A stretch of DNA of 63,031 nucleotides, the filler included, from Octopus bimaculoides (taxonomy: Eukaryota): NCBI RefSeq assembly GCF_001194135.2. It is 6 parts of 6 records of this genome, joined end to end, with 100 filler letters (N's around TTAATTAATTAA, not from the genome) between each part and the next. Parts side by side here need not be neighbours in the genome. Positions count along the whole stretch, not along the records: positions 1 to 15,224 come from NC_068983.1; positions 15,325 to 20,274 come from NC_068998.1; positions 20,375 to 36,109 come from NC_068986.1; 3 more parts are not named here. One strand, 5' to 3'. Positions 11,491-24,312 of the stretch are shown here, in pieces. The position numbers were made by a program, and so were the translations under genes. Each line of letters starts with the position of its first letter. Positions within the stretch are counted from its first letter, which is position 1. The notes beneath the pieces are model-generated. The model did no database searches. It had not been told where the DNA came from and worked only from the letters and a program-made list of their open reading frames with translations.

Positions 11491-12415
11491 CTTCACCCAA
11501 ATACGACAACTTTAACACGAAATAACTTCTAAAATACAAAATTTTGTCAAAAATGTTGAAAGTAAACCGTGTTCAGTATACGAAGTTTCAAACTGTTTAG
11601 TTAAAAAAATATATAATTAAAAAAATCTGTGGGTGAAGCTGAAGAGACCCGGAGATAATTCCACGAGAATATTAAAATTATTAAGGAAGGTTACTAACAG
11701 CAAAATACAAACAAAATGATCACCACAGAGATACCATTACATGTATGATAAACTGTTACGTCTACAGCGGCTTTTCTGTTGTATAATATTTAGATAAGGC
11801 ATTGGTGATTTTATCAGTTATAATAATATTTACATGATCGTTTGCTACCGACTGCAAAGTGCATGAACAACACGGCATTATAAACAATCACTTCCATTTT
11901 GACTGGAATATTTTGATACATTTATAGACTGGCGGAGTAAAGAGCATTGTTTTGCTGAACTAAGCATAGATAGCTAAAAAAAAATCTGAAGGAAGCTTTA
12001 TTTAAGAAAAGATACACTAAACCCGAACACAGTGGCGCGTCACGTTTGAAAAAGAAAAAAAGCGTTAGCATTTTTTATGGAAATACAGGCGCGCACACGC
12101 ACACCGAGTGAGTGTGTGTACGTATATGTATAATATATATGTGTGTGTGTGTGTGTGTGTATGTATAGATACATGCATAAATATATACACACATATATGC
12201 ATGCATTTAACCTATTTAATCTCGTTTGTCATCTCTATCCTTCCCCCACTCCCACTCTCTGTCCTTTTATACTCATATATATATATATATAGATAGATAG
12301 ATGCGTGCATATGTATGTATATATAAGGGTGAGGTCGTTGTTTTAAATAGTGATCAAACCTAGTGGCAACATGTTAACAAAAAAACCCTTCTAGGTTATA
12401 AAAATTATTAAAAAA

Positions 12416-12512
12416 TTATAAATAAGGGTATTTAAGAGATACCACCATGCTTGAAATAGCAGTCAAAACTATTTCAAGCATGGTGGTATCTCTTAGATAC
12501 CCTTATTTATAA
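12416..12512. repeat. Near-perfect inverted repeat (44-bp arms, 9-nt loop)
   Basis: Arms 12416-12459 and 12469-12512 differ at one position. Confidence 0.92.
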
Positions 12513-13466
12513 TATANNNNNNNNNNNNNNNNNNNNNNNNNNNNNNNNNNNNNNNNNNNNNNNNNNNNNNNNNNNNNNNNNTATATATTTGATCCTTTAT
12601 ATTGAACACTCAATATTTCATCTACATTCAATACTTTATTTCATGGTGCCATCCATTTTTATTTTATTTTATATTATATATTGTATATTATATTATATAT
12701 TGTATATTCCATATTCTATATCCCACATTGGTTCTGCAGGAATATAAATAAAACATAAAAAACAGACAGTGTTGGAACTCTTTTAAACAAAATAATATAT
12801 ATATATATATATATACATATATGTATATATATATATATATACCTATATGTGTATGTGTCTGTGTCTGTCTGTCTACACATCAAAATATATGTAAATATTT
12901 GTGTGGGCATCACGCAGGAAAACAAGTGCATGTGATTAGAGTAGAAGTAAAAATAGAACTAGGATAAAGAGAACGGAGATTAAAAGATGTGTAGAGAAGT
13001 AAAGTCTGGGAAGAGGCAAAAAAAAAAGAAGAAAAAAAGCAAATATGAAAATTGATGGTACTTCTCGAGCAGAGCGCTGTCACCACAACTACGGCTAGCG
13101 TGGCGACGGGAACAACGTGGGAAAGACAATCGTGTTGCTAAGTAAGATGTTACGACAAAGGCAAACAGAGCGTTGGGAGGGGCTAGACTGCTGAGGCTCT
13201 TGGTGAATGCACAGTGCATGACGGGAGGTGACCCTTTTATACACACGTACACACGAGCATGTATATATAGAGATATAGACGTACGTATATTATGCGTGTG
13301 TGAGTTCATAAGAACGTGTGTGGTTCTGCGTCTATGGATGTGTGTGCACATGTATATATATACATATATGGTGTGTGTGTGTGTGTCTGTGTGTATGTAA
13401 ATATGGCGTATGTATGTGTTAATATGTTGTGTGTATGCGTGTGCGTGCGCAAATATGTGTGCCGTA

Positions 13467-13504
<38 letters not shown>

Positions 13505-13517
13505 TCTCTCTCTCTCT

Positions 13518-13733
13518 CTTTTTACTCTTTTACTTGTTTCAGTCATTTGACTGCGGCCATGCTGGAGCACCGCCTTTAGTCGAGCAATTCGACGCCAGGA
13601 CTTATTCTTTGTAAGCCTAGTACTTATTTTAACGGTCTATTTTTTCGAACCGCTAATTTACGGGGACGTAAACACACCAGCATCGGTTGTCAAGCGATCT
13701 TGGAGGGACAAACACAGATACAAACATACACAC
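13518..13733 (-). mobile_element. SINE family B 3' half
   Basis: TTTTACTCTTTTACTTGTTTCAGTCATTTGACTGCGGCCATGCTGGAGCACC... is the reverse complement of the family B tail. Confidence 0.88.
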
Positions 13734-13759
13734 TCGCCATGATAGAACGCTAGCCACTA

Positions 13760-13900
13760 CACATTCTTTGTTTCTCTCCTTGTTTCTTTCTGTGGAAGAG
13801 CGTAGGCTCGAAACGTTAAAGACCTTTTCACTTCCCGAGCGTTATACTAATACATCTGTTTGCTCTCTACACCACCTGTCTTCGTCTTTTGTTTTTTTTT
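13760..13900 (+). mobile_element. HHR-bearing short repeat (probable PLE terminal-repeat remnant), copy 1
   Basis: TCTTT-CTGTGGA-A-GAGC-GTAG-GCTC-GAAACGTT-AAAGA at 13785-13822; homologues at 15325-15410 and 16408-16505. Confidence 0.6.
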
Positions 13901-13939
13901 GTTTTTTTGTTTTGTTTTTGTGAATATAAATATATATAT

Positions 13940-14083
13940 ATACGACGGACTTCTTTCAGTTTCCATCTACTAAGGCTTTGGTCGGCCCGAAGCTATAATA
14001 GAAGACACTTGCCCAAGGTTACACGCAATGGGACTGAACCCAGAACCATGTGTCTGGTGAGCAAGCTACTTACCACACATCCA
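13940..14083 (-). mobile_element. SINE family B 5' half
   Basis: Reverse complement of the head and CORE segment; runs into the gap. Confidence 0.85.
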
Positions 14084-14830
14084 NNNNNNNNNNNNNNNNN
14101 NNNNNNNNNNNNNNNNNNNNNNNNNNNNNNNNNNNNNNNNNNNNNNNNNNNNNNNNNNNNNNNNNNNNNNNNNNNNNNNNNNNNNNNNNNNNNNNNNNNN
14201 NNNNNNNNNNNNNNNNNNNNNNNNNNNNNNNNNNNNNNNNNNNNNNNNNNNNNNNNNNNNNNNNNNNNNNNNNNNNNNNNNNNNNNNNNNNNNNNNNNNN
14301 NNNNNNNNNNNNNNNNNNNNNNNNNNNNNNNNNNNNNNNNNNNNNNNNNNNNNNNNNNNNNNNNNNNNNNNNNNNNNNNNNNNNNNNNNNNNNNNNNNNN
14401 NNNNNNNNNNNNNNNNNNNNNNNNNNNNNNNNNNNNNNNNNNNNNNNNNNNNNNNNNNNNNNNNNNNNNNNNNNNNNNNNNNNNNNNNNNNNNNNNNNNN
14501 NNNNNNNNNNNNNNNNNNNNNNNNNNNNNNNNNNNNNNNNNNNNNNNNNNNNNNNNNNNNNNNNNNNNNNNNNNNNNNNNNNNNNNNNNNNNNNNNNNNN
14601 NNNNNNNNNNNNNNNNNNNNNATATATATTAGTTCGTACTACGGTCTTTTCGACCCCGATTGTGTTGACGACCAGGATTTGAAACGATCTTACTGCGAAC
14701 TATTTAATATAAAATTATAAAACGCGATATTTGTGTATTGCATTTTATACACGAAAGCACATACACATATATGCATACACACACACACACACACACACAC
14801 ATGCACATATGCTTACGCGTATGTTTATAC

Positions 14831-15224
14831 TCTCTCTTTTACTCTTTTACTTGTTTCAGTCATTTGACTCCGGCCATGCTGGAGCACCGCCTTTAGTCGA
14901 GCAAGTCGACCCCGGGACTTATTCTTTGTAAGCTTAGTACTTATTCTATCGGTCTCGTTTGTCGAACCGCAAAGTTACGGGGACGTAAACACACGACCAT
15001 CGGCTGTCAAGCGATGTTGGGGGAACAAACATATACACACACACACACATACATATATATATATGTATATATACATATATACGATGGGCTTCTTTCAGTT
15101 TCCGTCTACCAAATCCACTCACAAGGCTTTGGTCAGCCCGAGATTATAGTAGAAGACACTTGCCCAAGATGTCACGCAGTGCGACTGAACCCGGAACTAT
15201 GTGGTTCGTAAGCAAGCTACTTAC
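14831..15224 (-). mobile_element. SINE family B, nearly full length
   Basis: Tail, internal (CA)/(TA) microsatellite and head are all present. Confidence 0.9.
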
Positions 15225-15324
15225 NNNNNNNNNNNNNNNNNNNNNNNNNNNNNNNNNNNNNNNNNNNNTTAATTAATTAANNNNNNNNNNNNNNNNNNNN
15301 NNNNNNNNNNNNNNNNNNNNNNNN

Positions 15325-15410
15325 GCAGGTGTATTAGTTTAACGCTCGGGAAAAATGGAAAAGTCTTTGACGTTTCGAGCCTACGATCTTCTATAGAAAT
15401 GGATGAGAGG
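15325..15410 (-). mobile_element. HHR-bearing short repeat, copy 2
   Basis: Minus strand CTATAGA-A-GATC-GTAG-GCTC-GAAACGTC-AAAGA; downstream GAGCGTTAAACTAATACA is shared with copy 1. Confidence 0.55.
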
Positions 15411-16407
15411 GAAAGTTTCGGCAACTTTCTGCTTTGCCTTTCTGACCAGAATTAATCGGTAGGGAAATGTTTCTTTCTTTTTCATCATTACGGGTGTAAC
15501 TTTTTTGATAATTAAAATGCCTTAGATTTGCAAGATTATGTGTTAGCACTGACTTTACTACTTCCTTTTCGTGCAGAGCGCGTCTCTGGGTGCTTTCTTT
15601 CTTTCTTAGTCATTATTTTAACATACTACATGTTTAACAGAGCTGAGCTGCTTACCCTAGTATCCAAATACTGAGGTGAGATGGGCTACATAAGTTGGAT
15701 AGATGAAATTGTGGTAGTTTGATCTCAAGCTATAGTTAATAGTCTCGAGAGAATGGGAAAGAGCGGGAAATAGGGGAAAGTGAGAGAAGGGCATAGATAG
15801 AAGAAAAAAAAAGAAAGAAACAAACAAACAAATAAACAGAGACAGAATGATAGAAAAAACAGCAGAGCGATAACGCTAAAGATAAAGATGGAAAGTCATA
15901 ACTCCTACAAAATCGACTGGTTTCTGAAATCTGATTTTTCTTTGATTTGTCTTTGAGATATTTTAGTGAAAATAAAGTTTACATTGGAGAATCTAGCAAT
16001 CCATTAAAGATTAAAGGGCGTTTTCATTTTATTTTATTATTTATAGTAGATATTTCAAATTCCATACTATGATCTAAGCACATATCTACGTATTCATCCA
16101 TTTCCCTCAAAAACAAAAACAAAAAAGAAAAAGAAATAGATAACTAAATTACTGTTCATATTTTTCTTATTACGCCAGTGTTTTTTTCTTCTTCTTTCGG
16201 CTTATCTCCTCTTGGTACCATACATTCTTCAGTATTAAATGTTCTGTCTTTACTAAGCTATTCTATATTTTTCCTAAATTACCATGTTACGCCATTTTGC
16301 AGCTCGCCCTTTCTATCTCTTTCTTTACACACACACACTCACACACATATGTATATATGGTGAAAGATTTAAAAATACGACGACGGGATAAAAAAAACAA
16401 ACAAACC

Positions 16408-16505
16408 GAGTGTATTAGGTTTACGCTCAAGAAAAATAGAACGGAGAGTCTCTCTCACGTTTTGAATATACGCTCCTCTGCAGAAAGAAAAGGCAAGGAG
16501 AGAAA
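16408..16505 (-). mobile_element. HHR-bearing short repeat, copy 3 (degenerate)
   Basis: Minus strand TCTTT-CTGCAGA-G-GAGC-GTAT-ATTC-AAAACGTG-AGAGA; downstream GAGCGTAAACCTAATACA. Confidence 0.45.
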
Positions 16506-16619
16506 AGAGGTCAGAGAGAGAAAAGAACAAACATGTCCCAATTAGACGGTCACTGCATCACTGTATACTGAAATCACATATATCTATCTGTGTGTCCGTG
16601 TGTGCGCGCGCGTGCGTAC

Positions 16620-16918
16620 TTGTGTGTGTGTGTGTGTGTGTGTGTGTTAGATTTTGCACCCCACCACCGCTTGAAAACCAGTGTTGGTGCGTTTGTGTCC
16701 TAGTAGCCAAGGGGTTCGGCAAAAGAGACGGATAAAATAAGTACCTGGCTTTACAAAAAAAATGTTGCTTACGAACCACATGGTTCCGGGTTCAGTCTCA
16801 CTGTGTGGCACCTTGGGCAAATGTCTTCTGCTATAGCCTGAGGCCGACCAAAGCATTGTGAATGGATTTGGTAGACGGAAACTGAAAGAAGTCCGTCGTG
16901 TATATGTATATATATATG

Positions 16919-16989
<71 letters not shown>

Positions 16990-17232
16990 ATTATGTATGT
17001 ATGTGTATGTATATGTTTGTGTGTCCGTGTTTGTCCCCCCCACCATCGTTTGACAACCGATGCTGGTGTACTTACGCCCCCCCCCATAACTTAGCGGTTC
17101 GGCAAAAGAGAACGATAGAATTAGTACTAGGCTTACAGCTAATAAGTCCTGGAGTCGATTTGCTTGACTGAAGGCGGTGCTCCAGCATGGCCGCAGTCAA
17201 ATGACTGAAACAAGTAAAAGAATAAAAGAGAA
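16620..17232 (+). mobile_element. Two adjacent SINE family B copies (3' fragment 16620-16760; near full length 16762-17232)
   Basis: Family B consensus; the second copy has an expanded internal (TG)n. Confidence 0.88.
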
Positions 17233-17329
17233 AGTACTGGGTCAATTCGTTCAACTAATTTTCTTCTGGCCACAGTCTACTGATTGAAACAAATAAAAAT
17301 AAAGATATAGAACTGGCAACAGACCTACT

Positions 17330-17960
17330 CAGGAGTAGCGTTCCAATCTCCGTCACTTATGTGCTTTCTAAACCGAGTAAATCTTCGGTCTTATGGATCA
17401 TAGGGTTTATGATCGACCAAAGATTTAAATTCAAATAGATCTTATTAACATCACTTTTGGAGCGTAATCTATATTTATAGTTATTGTTTTACGAGGTTTC
17501 CTATTTAATCCAACCTCTCGTTGATTCCACTTTCGGATTATTCCACAATATCTCAAAAGAAATATGGTGCATAGCTCAATAGCTAGTTTTATTTTTATCA
17601 TTTAATTAATTTAAGCAATAATTGTTAACCTTCTCAAGAATTCTCTTCTAAAAATTTCTATCGTATCACTTTTCTATCGTCATTTTTAACTCTGTTAAAT
17701 CTAATTATCTATAACTTTGTGCATTTATCTGTTTTCATAATTTCTTTAATATTTTCTCCTTTCAGATTTAAAACTCGACACGTTTCCATCCCAAATGCCA
17801 TCCCAATATCTTCACTAAATCCCCGAACTGTCTGTTTTAACGAATCTATTTTGATCTTCATTCTTTGCAATGCTTCAAATCATCCATGAGAACATGATAT
17901 GATTTGTTATTATTGAGTGCTATAAATGGTGCTTCCTTCTTTTCTGTATTGTCTCACTCT
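17330..17960 (-). mobile_element. R4/Dong-like LINE reverse-transcriptase remnant
   Basis: Minus-strand pieces HVLMDDLK, TVRGFSEDIGMAFGMETCRVLNLK and GIIRKWNQREV...PKSDVNKIYL. Confidence 0.65.
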
Positions 17961-18612
17961 CTCCCAATTGACAGGCTTTGAAAGATACTCAACGTCTTCC
18001 AGAATAGAACTGACCTGTCGCTCTGTAGAATTTTTGCGCCAGCGAAAATTTCAAAGGAATTTCTTGTGTATATATAAATCAAAAGACAGCTAAGCAGGTG
18101 TCAAAAGAGGCGCATTGCGTACGAAACCCTCTCAGAGAATTTTAAATACTTTCTGAGAATATGAACAAGAGTAAAAATAGCAAGTCTTTAACCTATAAAA
18201 CATTCTATAAAAATAGCTATCACACAAATACTTATTACCATTTACTTTAATAAGAGGCGGTGGTAAGCAGAATGCTTTTTTTTTTCCAGGATGGTTCTTA
18301 TAACCTGGTTACTTTTCCTCTTCGATAGCAGACTACAACCAGTGGCCTTAGGTACCAAGCAGCCTTCTTCCATGCATTTTGCATTACTTTTTGTCAGCCT
18401 AATCATCGAATGCTCATCAGAATATTCTAGTTGTTCTTAATAAGCAAACTCTTTACAATCTCACAATCTACTTCGATCTTCTCTATCCATTTTGCAACGC
18501 TGTCTTTCACCATTCTTAATGCTCTTTCGATTACTGGTTATGATAGTAACCTTATTCATATTCCACATCCTAACGGTTTCATACTTCAACTTGTTATAAT
18601 TTGTTGTTTTTA

Positions 18613-18613
18613 T

Positions 18614-18662
<49 letters not shown>
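18613..18662. repeat. (TAG)n microsatellite
   Basis: Directly visible. Confidence 0.95.
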
Positions 18663-18663
<1 letters not shown>

Positions 18664-19159
18664 TTATTATCTTTTTAGCTCAGTTTTGTTGGAACTCCTG
18701 GATTCTTGCATGCGTGGCGAGCTTGCTACTAGCAATTTTGTTTGCATACATGTATGTGTGCATGTGTATACAAATATAAGTAGGTATGCATGTATATATA
18801 TATATATATAAATTAAAAGGGTAAAGGATTATCAATTTATTAATTAATAAATCAATTAATAATTAATAATTTTTACCAAGCCCATCGGTATTATATATAT
18901 ATATATGCATGTACGAACATATGAATGTATTTATATATGCATGTATTCATATATGAACTTAAATATAAATGTATGCTTGTAAGAATATACGTATGTAAGT
19001 CTGTTGTATGTTCTTACGTATATGTGAATGTATGTATCAAATGCATGTATGTACTTACGTATCTCTGCGTACGTATCTATGTATTCATGTTTGTACATAC
19101 GTAATTTTATTTGTATGCATGTATGTATGCATGTGTATGTATGTATGCATGCATGTATG

Positions 19160-19830
19160 CGTGTATGTATGTATGTGTATGTCATTGTTCAGTTTTATTT
19201 CAAGATTTCTTGCCAATAGAGAAAGAGCCGGTTTCTAACCTAGATTCAAAGCTTCTTCATTGGGATTTCAACATCAACAACAGGGTATTTGTATGTATGC
19301 GTGTATGTATGTATGTGTATGTCATTGTTCAGTTTTATTTCAAGATTTTTTGCCAATATAGAAAGAGCCGGTTTCTAACCTAGATTCAAAGCTTCTTCAT
19401 TGGGATTTCAACATCAGCAACAGGGTATTTGTATGTATGCGTNNNNNNNNNNNNNNNNNNNNNNNNNNNNNNNNNNNNNNNNNNNNNNNNNNNNNNNNNN
19501 NNNNNNNNNNNNNNNNNNNNNNNNNNNNNNNNNNNNNNNNNNNNNNNNNNNNNNNNNNNNNNNNNNNNNNNNNNNNNNNNNNNNNNNNNNNNNNNNNNNN
19601 NNNNNNNNNNNNNNNNNNNNNNNNNNNNNNNNNNNNNNNNNNNNNNNNNNNNNNNNNNNNNNNNNNNNNNNNNNNGTATGTATGTATGTATGTATGTATG
19701 TATGTATGTATGTATGCATCTATGTATGTGCGTATGTATGTTTTTATGTATATATATGCAGGTTTGTATGTTTTCCTTTGTGTATGTATTCTCATGCATA
19801 TAGTTGCATATCTAGACATGCTCATATATG
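19160..19830 (-). mobile_element. 3' UTR of the R4-like LINE family (homologous to 29740-29950), terminal 140 bp tandemly repeated
   Basis: Reverse complement matches CATATATGAGCATGTCTAGA...ATACCCTGTTGATGTTGAAAT...AATAAAACTGAA. The 140-bp unit starts at 19181 and again at 19321. Flanked by (TATG)n on both sides. Confidence 0.85.
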
Positions 19831-20210
19831 TATGTATGTACGCATGCTTGCATGTATGTATGCATGTATGTATGCATGTATGTATGTATGTATGCATGCA
19901 TGTATGTATATAGGCACGTACAGTGAAAGGGTAGTGAAGAGGAGGGGAACCTGTTCACTTGGAACTTCGTTCATTAAAAGTAATATCCTCAAACCGATGA
20001 CGAAATCCATTTATTTCAAGAACCCAACAAATCGAGGTCTCTGAAGTTCTTGTTCATACCTGGTTCCACAGAATAATTAATTGCTTCGACAATTAAGGGA
20101 AGTAGTTCCGAACAAGAATTGAGATTAGTTCCCTAATTCATCTCGTAGCGTACAACAATGCACGATTAAATATGTATGTACATAATATGTATGCATATGT
20201 ATATGTTTGC

Positions 20211-20259
<49 letters not shown>

Positions 20260-20779
20260 GTGTATGTATATATANNNNNNNNNNNNNNNNNNNNNNNNNN
20301 NNNNNNNNNNNNNNNNNNTTAATTAATTAANNNNNNNNNNNNNNNNNNNNNNNNNNNNNNNNNNNNNNNNNNNNATATATATACACATATATGTATGTAT
20401 ACATATATATATGTATATAAGCACTTTATGTATGACTGCCTACATATGTATGAATGACTTTCGCTGTATCTCACTTGCACATTATAGATCTAAAGTTAAC
20501 CGTTTCATGATTGAGTAAAGTAATTTATTATTTTTCCCTATCGTTTTATGGTTGTCACGCATTGAATTGTCTTCCAGATAATACCCGAGCTATTCACAAT
20601 TTACAAGCAGTAAATAAAAAAAAAATCAAAGGTTTCTCTCTGTTTCTTCTATGTTGATTTTTATAGACATTTGTAATTTTTCTGTCTGGATATACGCACG
20701 TGTGTATGCATCCGTCCGTGTGCATGTGTGTTTCTATGTGTGTGTGTGCGTGCGTGTGTTTGTGTGCGCACGCGCGTGT

Positions 20780-20905
20780 GACGTTGTATTTGTCCCCGAC
20801 CCAACACCTTGATAACCAATGTTGGTTTGTTTGAGTTGGTTTGTTTCAGTGCCTCAGCATGGCCGCATTCCAATGACTGGAAGAAGTAAAAGATGAAAAT
20901 AATAA
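20780..20905 (+). mobile_element. Degenerate SINE family B 3' part
   Basis: TTTGTCCCC...CAGCATGGCC...AATGACTGGAAGAAGTAAAAG. Confidence 0.6.
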
Positions 20906-20989
20906 CTGACACCTCTGTATGTAAATAAACACACACACATGCACGCACGCACGCACACACGCACACACGCACACATGTATATCACAGTA

Positions 20990-21320
20990 TAGACGAAGTC
21001 ATCAGCTAATGTTATACACCAATGCGCTTCCAAATTCTGATCAAAACGTGCTTTCGATTCTGTCTTGATTGCATGACTCAAATTGACTGTCTTCCGATCG
21101 TCGTGGAGGCCTTCCAAGTAGCCATTTTACGATCTCTTGGGTACTCCTCAGCAACTGTCCGGGTCCACCTCTTGTCTGTGAATCTTGCAACATATCCAAT
21201 CTAGTGGAACTTGTACTTTCGCTATTCTGCGATCACATCGTTCACTCTGCTCCGTTCTTCAATCATCTCATTTCGAATGAGTTCTTGTAATGATATTCCC
21301 GGCATGGGTTTTTCCATGGC
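20990..21320 (-). mobile_element. RTE-clade LINE 3' remnant
   Basis: Minus translation AMEKPMPGISLQELIRNEMIEERSRVNDVIAE*RKYKFH*IGYVARFTDKRWTRTV...LGRPPRR, matching the RTE thumb/C-terminal region. Confidence 0.75.
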
Positions 21321-21335
21321 CCTATATAGGTATGT

Positions 21336-21381
<46 letters not shown>

Positions 21382-21989
21382 ATGCATGTACAGTGATACA
21401 TCGCAGTACGAGTTTAATTTATTCCATGACCGAGCTCATCTTATGATTTACTCGTTTTACAAATCAATTTTCCCCATTGAGATTAACTAAAATATAATTA
21501 ATCCATTCCAGCTCCCCAAAACTACTCGAAGATAAATTTTTATGGGTTTTAAAACAGAAGANNNNNNNNNNNNNNNNNNNNNNNNNNNNNNNNNNNNNNN
21601 NNNNNNNNNNNNNNNNNNNNNNNNNNNNNNNNNNNNNNNNNNNNNNNNNNNNNNNNNNNNNNNNNNNNNNNNNNNNNNNNNNNNNNNNNNNNNNNNNNNN
21701 NNNNNNNNNNNNNNNNNNNNNNNNNNNNNNNNNNNNNNNNNNNNNNNNNNNNNNNNNNNNNNNNNNNNNNNNNNNNNNNNNNNNNNNNNNNNNNNNNNNN
21801 NNNNNNNNNNNNNNNNNNNNNNNNNNNNNNNNNNNNNNNNNNNNNNNNNNNNNNNNNNNNNNNNNNNNNNNNNNNNNNNNNNNNNNNNNNNNNNNNNNNN
21901 NNNNNNNNNNNNNNNNNNNNNNNNNNNNNNNNNNNNNNNNNNNNNNNNNNNNNNNNNNNNNNNNNNNNNNNNNNNNNNNNNNNNNNNNC

Positions 21990-23158
21990 ACTAACTTGCT
22001 ATAAAAGAAGATAGTAATTTTATCTTGTACTTATTCTTAGTGCAAGTTTCGAAGAGTGTCGTTTTAACAGTTATTTTTTCAAAACTATAATGGAAGTGAC
22101 AAATGAACATATTCAGTATATTTGCTTAATGAGTTCAATAAAAGTAACAAAGCAACGGAAAGTGCGAGGAATATTAATGCAATATACAGTGATCGGACAA
22201 TAAGCGTAAGCCAGTGTCAACGGTAGTTCCAAAAATTCCGAGCCGGAAACTACAGCTTAGAAAACGTGTCTCGACTTGGAAGAACTGTAGTGCTCGATGA
22301 GGACATCCTGCAAACCCCGATGAAACTAGTAGAGAAGCTTGGATTTGGTCATTAAAACATTCATCGACACCTGCGTGCCATCGAAAAAGTCAACAAATTG
22401 GATCAATAGGTTCTTCACAATCTTTCTGAGTTTTATCGCATGCAGAGGGTGAATGAGTGCTCTTCTTTGCTGCTACGTCTTTTTTTGCACCGATTTATGA
22501 CTGGTAACGAGAAATGAGTTCTCTATAAAAATAGCATGCGCCGAAGACAGTAGGTAGGGAAAGGAGAAACGCCGGCATCCCAGGCAAAAGAAGGTCTTCA
22601 CTCAAGTAAGGTGTTGTTATTTGTTTGGTGGGATATGAAAGGTTTAGTCCACTTTGAAATTTTAAACTCAAACCAAAAAATAACAAACGAGATCTACTGC
22701 AAGCACCTTGAGCAGCTTAAGTCAGCGCTAGAAGAAAAACGACCATCCTTGGTTTCAAGCAAAAGGTGTTCTTCCATCAGGACGATGCTTGCCCACATAC
22801 AGTGAGGATGATATTCCAAAGGCTGGAGAAGTTTGAATGTGAAATGATGCCCCAGCCACCATATCCACCGGACATTGTACCATCTCATTATCATTTATTC
22901 CGCAGTCTTCAAAATCATTTGCAGGGAAAAAATATGAATTCTGTAGACGAGATAAGAACAACACTTGAGGAATATTTTTTGTCACGGACAAGTGAATTTT
23001 GGAAGAGTGGCCTTACAAGTCTACCAAATAGATGGAAGAGCATTGTAGAAAATGAAGAAGAGTATATTTTAGATTAAAAAAGAACTTTGTTTATCTTAAT
23101 TTGGAAAAAAAAGAAGTATGAAAAAAAAACACGCATTATTTAGTGGATGACACATTAT
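21990..23158 (+). mobile_element. Tc1/mariner (mariner-type) transposon with pseudogenised transposase
   Basis: MEVTNEHIQY... start at about 22100; decayed catalytic motifs TGNEK*, HQDDACPH, YPPDIVPSHYHLF; ends EEYILD* at 23077. Right TIR-like CGCATTATTTAGTGGATGACACATTA at 23132-23157; left TIR is in the gap. Multiple stops and frameshifts. Confidence 0.88.
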
Positions 23159-23574
23159 TTTATACTGGATTTTTATTTTTACCCAACACCGTTTATAATC
23201 ATAGAAAAGACAGAACTGGTGTGCTTGTAGTTTTTTTTCAAAGATATAATGCCAGCATAATTCAAATGAAACTTCTTCAAATGTGAATTTAAAACCAATC
23301 ACAATATCGGTTCTCTCAGAATTTATCAGATTTTGAGATACAAGAAAAAATTTGGTGTAAAATGCAGATATAACACTAACTTTCGGAACACTGATGGTCT
23401 AGAATTTCTTAGAATCCACACTAATTGACGAATAGAAACTTCAAATTCCCGCGATCGCCACACTAGCTTATTGGGTGACCCTATTTCGCAATACAATAGT
23501 AGCAAACTTGTATCATTTATACTAAAGTGCATGTGGAATATAGTTGTGCCGTTTGAAGTTTGCTTCCCAACCAC

Positions 23575-23742
23575 ATGTTTCTGACTTCTTTCTGTTTCCG
23601 TCTTCCAAATTCACTCACAAAACCTTGGTCGGCCAGTGGCTATAGTAGCAGATCCTTGCCCAAGGTGCCACGCAGTGGGGCTGAACCCGGAACTATGAGG
23701 TTGGGAAGCAAACTTCTTACCAGACAGCCACACCTGAGCCTG
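23575..23742 (-). mobile_element. SINE family B 5' half
   Basis: CCTTGCCCAAGGTGCCACGCAGTGGGGCTGAACCCGGAAC. Confidence 0.8.
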
Positions 23743-24129
23743 TATTTGCAAACAAATGTTCCGTAAAATCGATGTTGTGCTTATAGTATCATATAGTCCT
23801 ACTTCCTTCAACCAACTTAATAATTTCAAAGCCAGGAGAGTAAAATGTTTTTTCAAACCCTGAGCAGGAGTGAAGGATTTAGTTCGTCTTTAATTGCTCT
23901 GGGTTCGATAAAAATAAGTACCAGTTGTACAGTGCGTCCTTTCATTAGGTTGCTGTAATCTCTTTATCATAAATATTTGGCTTGAGTTAGAGTTTGAAGT
24001 GATTATATGTTACAAGCAATATCAAATCATATTAGAAATGTTACACACACTCACACACTTAGACACACACTTACACACACATGCATAAATAAAATGACAT
24101 ATATATACATACACAGATTAATACATAAT

Positions 24130-24165
<36 letters not shown>

Positions 24166-24280
24166 ATATATATACCTCTGTCTTACTCTATAAGCAATTA
24201 TAAATGGCAGCAACAGTAGTCCCCAGTCAGACAACCGCGTATATATTTGCATGTATATATGTATGTACATATTTGTGTGA

Positions 24281-24312
<32 letters not shown>

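Noticed and set aside
15269-15280. Identical TTAATTAATTAA 12-mers at 15269, 20319, 36154, 44273 and 58171
   Set aside because: Each is centred in N padding of about 100 bp total and encodes stops in all six frames. It is a scaffolding linker, not biology; adjacency across these joins is uncertain.
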